DNA from: an uncultured Bdellovibrio sp.
Lineage (GTDB): Bacteria; Bdellovibrionota; Bdellovibrionia; Bdellovibrionales; Bdellovibrionaceae
Direction: 5' to 3'
NCBI GenBank assembly: GCA_963932905.1
Contig: CAWVRN010000001.1
Location: forward strand, 128,001-192,000
Length of the DNA stretch: 64,000 nucleotides
Shown here: piece by piece, positions 9,381 through 18,113 of the stretch
How positions within the stretch are numbered: position 1 is the first letter of the stretch
Layout: each line of letters starts with the position of its first letter
The notes under the pieces: model-generated
What the model was told of the DNA's origin: nothing
Databases searched by the model: none
Seen by the model: only the letters and a program-made list of their open reading frames with translations
Program-made: the position numbers and the translations under genes

Positions 9381-11984
9381 TTAAAAGCTAGGTCCTACTA
9401 CTGAAATTACTGAATTTTGTGAAAATATTTTCTGGCTTAGAGCCTGAACATCTTCTGCCGTTACTTCAAAATAACGACTTGATGACTTAAAGGTTTCATC
9501 CGCGTCCAGTCCGTACACAACGTCGAACAAAATGCTGTTACAGATGCTACCTTTACGTTGCAAATCAATATCGTTTCTACCTGCAAGGTAACGTTGTGAT
9601 CGGACCAATTCATCTGCGCCAACTTTTGTGTTACATAGTTTAGCAAATTCGTCCTTAATCATTTGAATCGCTTTTTTAGATTTCTCAGGCGAACAACCGA
9701 TGTAAGCTCCAAAATAACCCGTTTCAATACCCGCCATTTTCAAAGGCGATACGGAATAGGCTAAGGAATTTTTATCGCGCAGTTCAAAAAACAGACGACC
9801 ACCCTGTCCCGCCAAAATTGACTGAATAACATCCAGTGTGTAGCGTTCTTCGTCCTTAAAACTTAAACCACGATAGCCCACAATAATATGTGATTGTTCC
9901 TTTTTAAGTTCTTTAAACGAAAACTGATCGGAACCTACCTTGCTCAAACCGGAAACATTTTCTTGTTTTTTACCCTCTGGCATCGCAGTGATTAACTGAT
10001 TCAAATTATCCACAAGATTTTCTTTGTCGAAATCACCCACCGCGCAGATCGCAACATTTTTGTAATTAAAAATCCTTTTGTGGTAATCCAACATCGTGTC
10101 ACGCGTAATTAAATCTAATGAGTCGTTCGTTCCTAACACTTCTCTAGAATACGGATGATTGGGGAACATCATCTTCATAAATTCTTTTATGCAGACCTGT
10201 GAAGGATTATCATTTTGCGATTGAATTTGGTTTTTTTGAATTTGTTTTTCACGCTCGATGATTTTTGCGTCAAACGTAGGTGACTGAACAGTGTCAGTGA
10301 TCATCGACATCATATCTTTTTGGAATGTCGATAAAAATTCGCCCGAAATACCAACCGTATTACGTCCAGAAAAACAACTCATGGATGATGCTAGTGTATC
10401 TAGTTTCAAATTGATTTCATTTTCTGTGAGGTTTTTTGAGCCCGCTGGCCACACGCGCGAATACAGTTCTGATAGACCTTCTAGTTTTTCACCCTCGATG
10501 CGCGTTCCACCCAGGAAGGCCATCTTAATACTGCAAGTAGGTGTCTCTCGTTGTTCGCGTAAGTACAACGTTACGCCTTTATTTAATTGGATTTTTTCTG
10601 TTTTTGGCGATTTTGCGGCTAAATCGTGTTTGAATTTCAAAGTCTGAATTTTCTTCGGCTTCTCTTTTGGCTTTGTATGTACGCGTTTTTTATCTTTCAG
10701 AGCTTCTTTCAAATCTTTCATGAACTGGACGATGACTTTTTTTACATCGGCCTCGGCACGCTGAGAGAGTACTGCAATGGTAATCTTCTTTGGATCAAAA
10801 TATTTTTTAGCTAGTTTGACAATATCGGCTGGCTTAACGGCATAAATGGCGGCTAGATATTTTTTGAAATATTCGCTATCATCCATGAAAAATTCTTGCG
10901 AACCGGCTTTGCGCGCCAACCCGTCCACAGTTTCCACTGAATAAATTTGCTCGCTTGCAATATTGGTTACTGCTTTTTGAATTTCAGCAAACGATGGCGG
11001 GTTATGGTAAATTTCGGCGATTTCATTTACCAGAATAGACAAATATTTTTCTAAATTTGCTGGTTGCAGACTACCCGAGAAGGCCACCAATCCTTCATCT
11101 TGCGGAGTAAACGTAAATGCACCAGTACCATTAACTATCGCTTCCTCAATTCTGAGTTTGTGCACCAAGCGCGAACTATCGCCCTGGCCAAGAATCAAAC
11201 TTAGAACATCTAATCCAGGAATGTCTTTGTGCTTAACGTTAGGCGCTTTAAATGCCACGTATGTCAGTGTTTCTTGGAAATCAGATTTTTTAATTGTGAT
11301 GGCCGGTTTCGTCTGCACAGGTTCTTTAATCCGTTTTACTTTTTTCACTTTGAAGTCTTTGAATTTTCCAAAATATGATTCAACTTCTTTCTTCATTTCA
11401 GCGGATTTGAAATCACCGGAAACCACAAGAAACATGTTTCTAGGAACGTAACGACTTTCAAAATAATTCTTAATTGTCTTTGTTGAAACTTTGCGAATAT
11501 TGTCCGCATAACCAATCACTGGAACTTTGTATGGATGTTTTTTATAAGCCGTAGAGAATAACAATTGCCCAATTTGGCGCTGAGGAGAATCTTCTCCACG
11601 TTTAATTTCTTCAATCACAACCTCGCGCTCGTTATCAATTTCTGTTGAATCAAATGTCGGAAAACCCATCATTTGGCTGATAACATCTAGGCCTACACTA
11701 GCGAATTTTTTTGAAATCGTTACATAGAAGACCGTTTGGTCAAACGACGTGTAGGCGTTCAATTCACCGCCGGAGCCTTCTACAATCGCAGCGATTTCTC
11801 CGACTTTGAACTTCTCTGTGCCTTTAAACACCAGATGTTCTATAAAATGCGAAATACCCTCTTGCTTTTTGACCTCATCGGCACTTCCAGTTTTTACCCA
11901 CATTTGAACAGAAACTACTGGGGATTTATGACTTTCGATCAGAAGAACTTTTAAACCATTTTTTAGTTGAAATTTTTTGGACAT
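9381..11984 (-). CDS. M16 (pitrilysin/insulinase) family zinc protease
   Basis: HFIEH inverted zinc motif, NAYTSFD, duplicated M16 halves, LFFELRDKNSLAY. Confidence 0.95.
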   Translation of the reverse strand: MSKKFQLKNGLKVLLIESHKSPVVSVQMWVKTGSADEVKKQEGISHFIEHLVFKGTEKFKVGEIAAIVEGSGGELNAYTSFDQTVFYVTISKKFASVGLDVISQMMGFPTFDSTEIDNEREVVIEEIKRGEDSPQRQIGQLLFSTAYKKHPYKVPVIGYADNIRKVSTKTIKNYFESRYVPRNMFLVVSGDFKSAEMKKEVESYFGKFKDFKVKKVKRIKEPVQTKPAITIKKSDFQETLTYVAFKAPNVKHKDIPGLDVLSLILGQGDSSRLVHKLRIEEAIVNGTGAFTFTPQDEGLVAFSGSLQPANLEKYLSILVNEIAEIYHNPPSFAEIQKAVTNIASEQIYSVETVDGLARKAGSQEFFMDDSEYFKKYLAAIYAVKPADIVKLAKKYFDPKKITIAVLSQRAEADVKKVIVQFMKDLKEALKDKKRVHTKPKEKPKKIQTLKFKHDLAAKSPKTEKIQLNKGVTLYLREQRETPTCSIKMAFLGGTRIEGEKLEGLSELYSRVWPAGSKNLTENEINLKLDTLASSMSCFSGRNTVGISGEFLSTFQKDMMSMITDTVQSPTFDAKIIEREKQIQKNQIQSQNDNPSQVCIKEFMKMMFPNHPYSREVLGTNDSLDLITRDTMLDYHKRIFNYKNVAICAVGDFDKENLVDNLNQLITAMPEGKKQENVSGLSKVGSDQFSFKELKKEQSHIIVGYRGLSFKDEERYTLDVIQSILAGQGGRLFFELRDKNSLAYSVSPLKMAGIETGYFGAYIGCSPEKSKKAIQMIKDEFAKLCNTKVGADELVRSQRYLAGRNDIDLQRKGSICNSILFDVVYGLDADETFKSSSRYFEVTAEDVQALSQKIFSQNSVISVVGPSF

Positions 11985-12000
11985 AATCTAATACACTCCT

Positions 12001-13173
12001 ATGTCATTTGGCGTTTACGTGCACATTCCCTATTGTATTCAGCGTTGCACATACTGCGATTTCGCTACCTACGAGCAATCTAAGATTCTGCCTCCGACCG
12101 ATTACACTCAGCTTTTGCTTCGAGAGATTGACCTCAAGAAATCTATTTTTCTGCGTGGTAAAGAATCTCAATCAATTGATACTCTTTATTTTGGTGGCGG
12201 CACTCCCAGCTTATTTGCCATTAAAGATATTGTACAAATAATCAATGCCTTAGCAAGTGCTGGGTATCCGCTGAGTCCAGGCGCCGAACTCACAATGGAA
12301 TTGAATCCTGGCACAGTGAACGAAGAAAAACTAAATGAATATCTAAAGTTGGGATTTAATCGCTTTAGTGTTGGCGCGCAGACCTTTAATCAGGCTCATC
12401 TTAAACGTGTTCATCGTGAGCATTCCGTCAACGACACAATTGAATCTCTTAAATTGTTACAGCGATATAATTTAAATTATAATTTTGATTTATTATTTGG
12501 AATGCCTCATCAAACGATAGGCGAATTGGATCACGACCTTAGTCAAGCTTTGGAAATTCTTCCACCACATATTAGTCCCTATTATTTAACTGTTCCCGAA
12601 GGTCATCCGCTTTCTAAAAATCGTCCTTTAGAAGATGACCAAATGATAATGTTTGAACGTATCGAACATACACTTTCAAACAATGGTTATAACCGATATG
12701 AAATTTCCAATTATGCTCGTCCCGGCTATGAATCAAAGCATAACTATCTTTACTGGAGCGATCAAAACTATTGGGGAATTGGTCTTAGTAGCCATTCTTA
12801 TTTAAAATCTTCACCCGAAGCTCCTTGGGGAAATCGTTTTTGGAACCCGAACAATATTAAGATCTATCAGCAAGAAATCAACGATCTGCAACCACTAGAG
12901 CTACCAACCCAGCTAGCCGACATTTATTTCGAGACTTTAAAGGAAAATCAGTCATTGACTGACTTCTGCCACACGTCTTTACGCCGTGCTAAAGGACTAA
13001 TAAAATCAGATTTAGAGGCTAAATTTAGCGCGCTGTCCGTGGCCAGTGCGTATAAAGAATTAAACTCGTTACAAGAGCGTGGTTTGGTCCAGTCAACTGA
13101 GTTAGGGTTCACCCTTACCTCAAAGGGTAAACTGATCAGCAATTGGGTCTTTGAAAAATTGACTTTTACTTAA
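12001..13173 (+). CDS. hemW: Radical SAM heme chaperone HemW (HemN-like)
   Basis: YVHIPYCIQRCTYCDF CxxxCxxC motif, GGGTPS, YEISNYA, HNYLYW. Confidence 0.92.
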   Translation: MSFGVYVHIPYCIQRCTYCDFATYEQSKILPPTDYTQLLLREIDLKKSIFLRGKESQSIDTLYFGGGTPSLFAIKDIVQIINALASAGYPLSPGAELTMELNPGTVNEEKLNEYLKLGFNRFSVGAQTFNQAHLKRVHREHSVNDTIESLKLLQRYNLNYNFDLLFGMPHQTIGELDHDLSQALEILPPHISPYYLTVPEGHPLSKNRPLEDDQMIMFERIEHTLSNNGYNRYEISNYARPGYESKHNYLYWSDQNYWGIGLSSHSYLKSSPEAPWGNRFWNPNNIKIYQQEINDLQPLELPTQLADIYFETLKENQSLTDFCHTSLRRAKGLIKSDLEAKFSALSVASAYKELNSLQERGLVQSTELGFTLTSKGKLISNWVFEKLTFT

Positions 13174-13257
13174 CCGTCCCCTAATTATCTCTATAGCTGT
13201 TTAGCCACGCCCAAATTGGGCTAATACACAATTTAAACGCATTAAATGGAGATTATT

Positions 13258-13800
13258 TTGACATCCGACAAATCACCAAACTCTTCTGACACAAACTCTA
13301 CAGAAAACACGGCAGACAATGCTAACGGTGCAGCCCCTGAGTCTCTTGTCGAAAAATGGAAAGTAGAAGCTGAAAAGAGCAAAAACGATCTACTCTATAT
13401 GAGAGCCGAATTTGATAATTACAAACGTCAAGCCATTAAAGAACGTTCTGATTTACAAAAATACGGCGCCGAGCGATTTGTAAAAGACTTGCTGCCAATT
13501 TTAGATAATTTCGAACGGGCTCTATCTATGAATGTAACCGCTGAAAATTTTGCCACTTTCGTTAAGGGTATAGAGATGACATCCTCGGAAATTAAAACTT
13601 TGTTAGGCAAGCATTCAATCGTTGAGGTTCCAAGCGAGGGTCAACCATTCGATCCAGCCATTCATGAAGCATTAAGTGCTGAAGCGACTGATAAAGTTCC
13701 TCCTGGGCACATTGCACGTGTATTTCAAAAACCTTATAAATTTCACGACAAAGTGATCCGAACCGGACAAGTTGTTGTGGCTCAAAAAATGGATGCATAA
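13258..13800 (+). CDS. grpE: Nucleotide exchange factor GrpE
   Basis: [29 protein letters not shown]; start placed at TTG 13258 after GGAG (ORF track starts at 13246). Confidence 0.95.
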   Translation: MTSDKSPNSSDTNSTENTADNANGAAPESLVEKWKVEAEKSKNDLLYMRAEFDNYKRQAIKERSDLQKYGAERFVKDLLPILDNFERALSMNVTAENFATFVKGIEMTSSEIKTLLGKHSIVEVPSEGQPFDPAIHEALSAEATDKVPPGHIARVFQKPYKFHDKVIRTGQVVVAQKMDA

Positions 13801-13802
13801 TA

Positions 13803-14795
13803 ATGGCTAAACAAGATTACTACGCATTACTAGGTGTTTCTCGTAGTGCTACGGATGACGAAATTAAAAAAGCGTATCGCAAGCTTGCGATTCAGTATCA
13901 TCCTGATCGTAATCCGAATGATAAAAAAGCCGAGGATAAATTCAAAGAAATTACCGAAGCTTATGAAACACTGGGCGATACGAAAAAGCGTGAAATGTAC
14001 GATAAGTTTGGTCACTCACAAGGCGGCAATCCGTTTGGTGGTGGCGCTGGCGGACCATTTGGCGGTGGTGCTGGTGGCGGTTTTGGCCGTACTTATTCTG
14101 GCAGCAACGGTGGCGACCCATTCCAAGACATATTTGGTGATGTGTTTAGCGAAGTCTTTGGTGCTAACAGAGCCGGCGGTCCGCGTGGACGACAGCGTAA
14201 TCAAAAAGGCGCGGATTTACGTTACACATTGAGTATTACATTAGAAGAGGCGGCAGCAGGCTGCGAAAAGGTAATTTCGTTTTTACGTAACACAGGAACT
14301 AAAGAAGAAAATGCAAAACTGGCTGTCACCGTTCCCGCTGGTGTAAAAGATAATCAAAAATTAAAATTAACTGGTGAAGGCGATGGTTCACCAACGGGAC
14401 AAGCTGGTGATTTATATGTGATTCTGCAAATTCAAGAACACTCATTATTTAAACGTGACGAAAACGACATCATTCTGGAGCTTCCCGTTTCTTACATCGA
14501 TGCGATTTTAGGGACTTCTTTAGAGGTACCAACATTAACCGGTCGAGTTTTAATTAAAATTCCTCCGGGAACCCACACCGGTCAGGCCTTACGATTAAAG
14601 GGTAAAGGTTTACCTAAGATGGGCGGCTTTGGCAGTGGCGATATGTTAATTAAAGTTCTGGTTGATACTCCACAAGAAGTTTCCGCTGCAGAAAAAGAGC
14701 TACTAAGTAAGCTATCTCAAACAGCGTCTGAGACACCTCTGATTAAAGAGTATAAAGAAAAGGTCCAGAAACTTTCTAAATACAGCAAATCATAG
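13803..14795 (+). CDS. dnaJ: DnaJ chaperone, class B (no zinc finger)
   Basis: J-domain with HPD, G/F-rich linker, C-terminal domain; no CxxCxGxG repeats. Confidence 0.88.
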   Translation: MAKQDYYALLGVSRSATDDEIKKAYRKLAIQYHPDRNPNDKKAEDKFKEITEAYETLGDTKKREMYDKFGHSQGGNPFGGGAGGPFGGGAGGGFGRTYSGSNGGDPFQDIFGDVFSEVFGANRAGGPRGRQRNQKGADLRYTLSITLEEAAAGCEKVISFLRNTGTKEENAKLAVTVPAGVKDNQKLKLTGEGDGSPTGQAGDLYVILQIQEHSLFKRDENDIILELPVSYIDAILGTSLEVPTLTGRVLIKIPPGTHTGQALRLKGKGLPKMGGFGSGDMLIKVLVDTPQEVSAAEKELLSKLSQTASETPLIKEYKEKVQKLSKYSKS

Positions 14796-14800
14796 CCTAT

Positions 14801-14850
14801 GGTGCGCTCGTTGTGGCGCGCCACTTCTTTTGCCAAGCTCTTAGCTTGGC
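14801..14850 (+). terminator. Two hairpins after dnaJ; probable terminator
   Basis: GGTGCGC-N8-GCGCGCC followed by ACTTCTTTT; then perfect GCCAAGCT-ctt-AGCTTGGC. Confidence 0.5.
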
Positions 14851-14876
14851 TTCTGATCATTCTAGATTCATACTAA

Positions 14877-16619
14877 ATGTCTATGAAACGATTGGCACTT
14901 GTAAATTTGGTTTTTCTATTAGGATTAGGTTGCGCATCGAATATCAAAACTCAGCGCCCTGAATTATCAACGCAAACACCGACGCAAACTTCTCCCACCA
15001 AAAAATCGACAGTAAAAAATGCTCCTGTTGCTATTGGTGGTCAAGCGGCAAAGTCTGATCCTAAAACAGAAATCGTTGCAGGTGATCCAAATACGGTTGC
15101 TAAACTACAAGCGGATGAAAATAAATTCGTTCAATTAGAAAAAGCAGGTTCTTACTGGGACGCATTCGGCATTGCATCTGGATTATCAACAACTCATACC
15201 GACGCTAAAAAATCGGACTACTATAAATCTAAAGCAATCGACATTCTGAACGCACGCTTAACTAAAGACCAATTGCACACGGTGGCTCGCTCTTCAGACT
15301 ATGGCTACTTACGTGGTTATGCTTTGTTTAGACTCGCAGAACTTGAACTCATGGCTAACAATATTGAAGAAAGTAAACGCTACTATCGTTCCGTGGTAGA
15401 ATTACTACCCGAAAGTGAAATTGCCATTTCATCTCAACGTGTGATCGCAGATATGGAGGCGACGGTTCGTGTGTCCGCACAGACAATCGGCGTGGTTCTG
15501 CCTTTGACTGGCAAGAGCGCCGCCGTTGGACAAAAAGTGTTACGTGGTCTTCAGCTGGGCTTAGGTACTCACCAAGGTTTTTCAAAATTTCGTCTGGCTA
15601 TCGTGGACAGTGAAGGTCGATCAGATCTGGCTCGGTTAGGTGTGGAAAAATTGGTTAAAGAAGATAACGTGATCGCGATCGTCGGCGGCGTCTTAAGTAA
15701 AACTGTCGGAACTGAATTGGCCATCGCCTCTGAATACAATGTTCCATTTATCTATCTATCTCAAAAACAAGGTTTAAATGACATTCACCCTAATGCCGTT
15801 CGAAATGCGCTAACTGCAGAAATGCAAGTTCGACATTTAGTAAGAACGGCAATGACAGAAATGGACATGCACGAATTTGCTATCTTGTACCCGAATGATC
15901 CCTACGGAGTCGAGTACGCAAATTTATTTTGGGATGAGGTTCTGGCGCAAGGTGGAGACGTAGTTGCCGCACAGACTTATGACCCGAAAGAAACAGATTT
16001 CCGACCGGTCGTGCAACGTTTAGTTGGCACGTACTATATCGAAGCTCGCAAAGATGAATATTATCAAAAATTGCGCACATTCAAACAATCACTAAAAGGC
16101 AAGAATGCGCGTGAAAATGTAAATACAGATGATTTACTTTCCCCAATACAAAACTTTGATGCGATTTTTATACCTGATCAAGCCCGCGTGATATCGCAAA
16201 TCAACGCGTTCTTAAATTATTCACGTGTGAAAGATACAAAAATCCTATCCACTAATATTTTAAATACTCCAGGATCAGCGAAACGTTTATCTTCGTTAAA
16301 CTATCCAATTTATTTTGCAGACAGTTTTATTTCAGAAGGGCCAAGCCAATCAAATTCTGATTTTGTTCGTGAGTACATGGGTTACTTCAACGAGTACCCC
16401 GCACAGTTTGAAATTGCGGCTTATGATTCTGGCTTAATCTTGCGTCAGCTTGTCTTGCAAGGCGTGTACACCAGAGACGATTTAGGAAAACAGCTGATGA
16501 AACTTAAAAAGTTTGACGGCAGTTTTGGCCCCCTTTCCACCACTTCAAATAAAGACCTTTTCCGCCCGTTGATGACTTTGACCGTCCAAAAAGGTGAAAC
16601 TGTTAAATTCAAAGAATAG
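14877..16619 (+). CDS. LpoA-like lipoprotein (penicillin-binding protein activator / periplasmic binding fold)
   Basis: Lipobox LGLGC; TPR-like helices; IGVVLPLTG, AILYPNDPYG and FDAIFIPD type-1 PBP fold motifs. Confidence 0.8.
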   Translation: MSMKRLALVNLVFLLGLGCASNIKTQRPELSTQTPTQTSPTKKSTVKNAPVAIGGQAAKSDPKTEIVAGDPNTVAKLQADENKFVQLEKAGSYWDAFGIASGLSTTHTDAKKSDYYKSKAIDILNARLTKDQLHTVARSSDYGYLRGYALFRLAELELMANNIEESKRYYRSVVELLPESEIAISSQRVIADMEATVRVSAQTIGVVLPLTGKSAAVGQKVLRGLQLGLGTHQGFSKFRLAIVDSEGRSDLARLGVEKLVKEDNVIAIVGGVLSKTVGTELAIASEYNVPFIYLSQKQGLNDIHPNAVRNALTAEMQVRHLVRTAMTEMDMHEFAILYPNDPYGVEYANLFWDEVLAQGGDVVAAQTYDPKETDFRPVVQRLVGTYYIEARKDEYYQKLRTFKQSLKGKNARENVNTDDLLSPIQNFDAIFIPDQARVISQINAFLNYSRVKDTKILSTNILNTPGSAKRLSSLNYPIYFADSFISEGPSQSNSDFVREYMGYFNEYPAQFEIAAYDSGLILRQLVLQGVYTRDDLGKQLMKLKKFDGSFGPLSTTSNKDLFRPLMTLTVQKGETVKFKE

Positions 16620-16757
16620 CTTATAAGCTCACTTATAGTCTGTTTCCGGCTTTTTTTAATTATTTTTCTCGTTCTTTAACCGACCGACAGGTCTGGTGCA
16701 TCTAACTCTCCGAAGGGCCTGATTATAGACCCAAAACTCTAAGAGCCAGGAGGGCTT

Positions 16758-17153
16758 ATGTCATTAGCAGCTACAGTAACAACACTAGTTAACAAAGAAA
16801 TTGTTGATGAGTGCAGAAAAAAACTAGTTCTTGCTAAGCAAGACCTGTTGAATCGTATGAAAATGTCGGCAGAGCGTTTCAAAGAAAACAACAAAAATGT
16901 AGGGGATGAAATCGATCAATCTGTCGCTCAACTGGAAGAGTATAATTTATTAATCAATCAAGAAAGGCTTCGCTTTCAATTGTCAGAAATTGAATTTGCG
17001 TTAGCTCGCATCGAAAAAAATCATTTTGGTGTATGTGAGGAAACCCTAGAGCCAATTGAAGAACAACGCCTACTAAGCATTCCATGGACTAGACTTAGTA
17101 TTGAAGGTGCCGAAATTCGCGAACGATATAAAAATCATTTTGCTCAAACATAA
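16758..17153 (+). CDS. DksA/TraR family protein, one-Cys (Zn-independent) type
   Basis: GDEIDQS tip; ALARIE..FGVCEETLEPIEEQRLLSIPWTRLSIEGAE. Confidence 0.88.
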   Translation: MSLAATVTTLVNKEIVDECRKKLVLAKQDLLNRMKMSAERFKENNKNVGDEIDQSVAQLEEYNLLINQERLRFQLSEIEFALARIEKNHFGVCEETLEPIEEQRLLSIPWTRLSIEGAEIRERYKNHFAQT

Positions 17154-17328
17154 GGAAAATAAAATAATCTGACATGAACTTAACGGCCCTGTTATGGTTT
17201 AATTCCATCGCGTTAAGTTTGTGTTGAATAAATAATCAAATTCATTTTTTTGATGACACCCAAATTCTTCTCCGTATTATTCAGCCTTGTTTCAGCGGCC
17301 TATAGCATTTTTCAGACAAGGGGAAAAA

Positions 17329-17817
17329 GTGAAAAGTTCAGTTATCGTTGAAAAAAAGGGAATTACTAAAAAGACTAAAACGGACAAGTCTCAAAATGTC
17401 GGCAGCGCAACACAAACGGGTGAATCAAGCGTGGTAACATCAACAGTAGATCAGGTAAGTTTAACAGATTTATTACCTACTATTAAAGAGTCATTGTTAT
17501 TTCAAAAAAGTCAGATCTTGAATCGAACGAACGAATTCAAACGTTCTCAGCAAGAATCCGTTCAACTTTCTGACGAAGCCGAAGTCGCTTCAAACGACTT
17601 AAGCAACAATTTATCAATTCATCTTCATGAGCGTTCTATGAAGGCCTTATTGGAAATCGATAAAGCTCTAAATAAAATCTCTCAAGGAACATACGGTGAA
17701 TGTGAAGGTTGCGGCGACACAATCAGCGCAAAACGCTTGCAGGCAAGGCCTTTGGCTCCTTTATGCATTTCATGCATGGAAGAACGCGAAGAAGAAACTC
17801 GCATTAAACACCAGTAG
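17329..17817 (+). CDS. DksA/TraR family protein with C4 zinc finger
   Basis: SDEAEVA tip; YGECEGCGDTISAKRLQARPLAPLCISC; start placed at GTG 17329 after AGGGG (ORF track starts at 17287). Confidence 0.9.
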   Translation: MKSSVIVEKKGITKKTKTDKSQNVGSATQTGESSVVTSTVDQVSLTDLLPTIKESLLFQKSQILNRTNEFKRSQQESVQLSDEAEVASNDLSNNLSIHLHERSMKALLEIDKALNKISQGTYGECEGCGDTISAKRLQARPLAPLCISCMEEREEETRIKHQ

Positions 17818-17860
17818 TTGTTCTGCACAGAACTCCATAGAGTTCTGTAACTACTAAAGG

Positions 17861-17967
17861 TGGCAAAGAAATCTACGGATTTATTTGCCAGCACACAAAA
17901 ATAAAAAATGCTTTTTATGGATAAAAGGCATTTATGACAGGGATGTCGCCATTCTTGTCCCTTTTTT
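17861..17967 (+). ncRNA. Candidate CsrA/RsmA-binding structured RNA (three ANGGA hairpins plus terminator)
   Basis: ACGGA, ATGGA and AGGGA at hairpin apices; ACAGGGATGT matches the high-affinity CsrA consensus; final stem followed by T6. Confidence 0.4.
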
Positions 17968-18073
17968 CTAGACTTTACGTCAGCAGAATCAGCTCAAATC
18001 ATATAAAATCAGGTCCTTAGATAGCAAAAAACTCTTAAAGCCGAACGGTTTTCAATCCGAATATTTGTGTAAG

Positions 18074-18097
18074 AAAATCGTACAGAAAAATCGTACA
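18074..18097 (+). repeat. Direct repeat AAAATCGTACA x2 upstream of lon
   Basis: Copies at 18074-18084 and 18087-18097. Confidence 0.6.
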
Positions 18098-18113
18098 TAT
18101 AAAGGGTGCTGAT

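Noticed and set aside
13201..13224. CIRCE element upstream of grpE
   Set aside because: Only the outer TTAGC/GCTAA matches; 24 bp rather than the 27-bp TTAGCACTC-N9-GAGTGCTAA; no hrcA in the window
14020..14120. GGTGGC-type repeats in dnaJ
   Set aside because: They encode the normal G/F-rich linker
16620..16757. Riboswitch or Zur box upstream of the Zn-free dksA
   Set aside because: Only short pairings (CAGG/CCTG, GGTCT/AGACC); no recognisable aptamer or Zur palindrome
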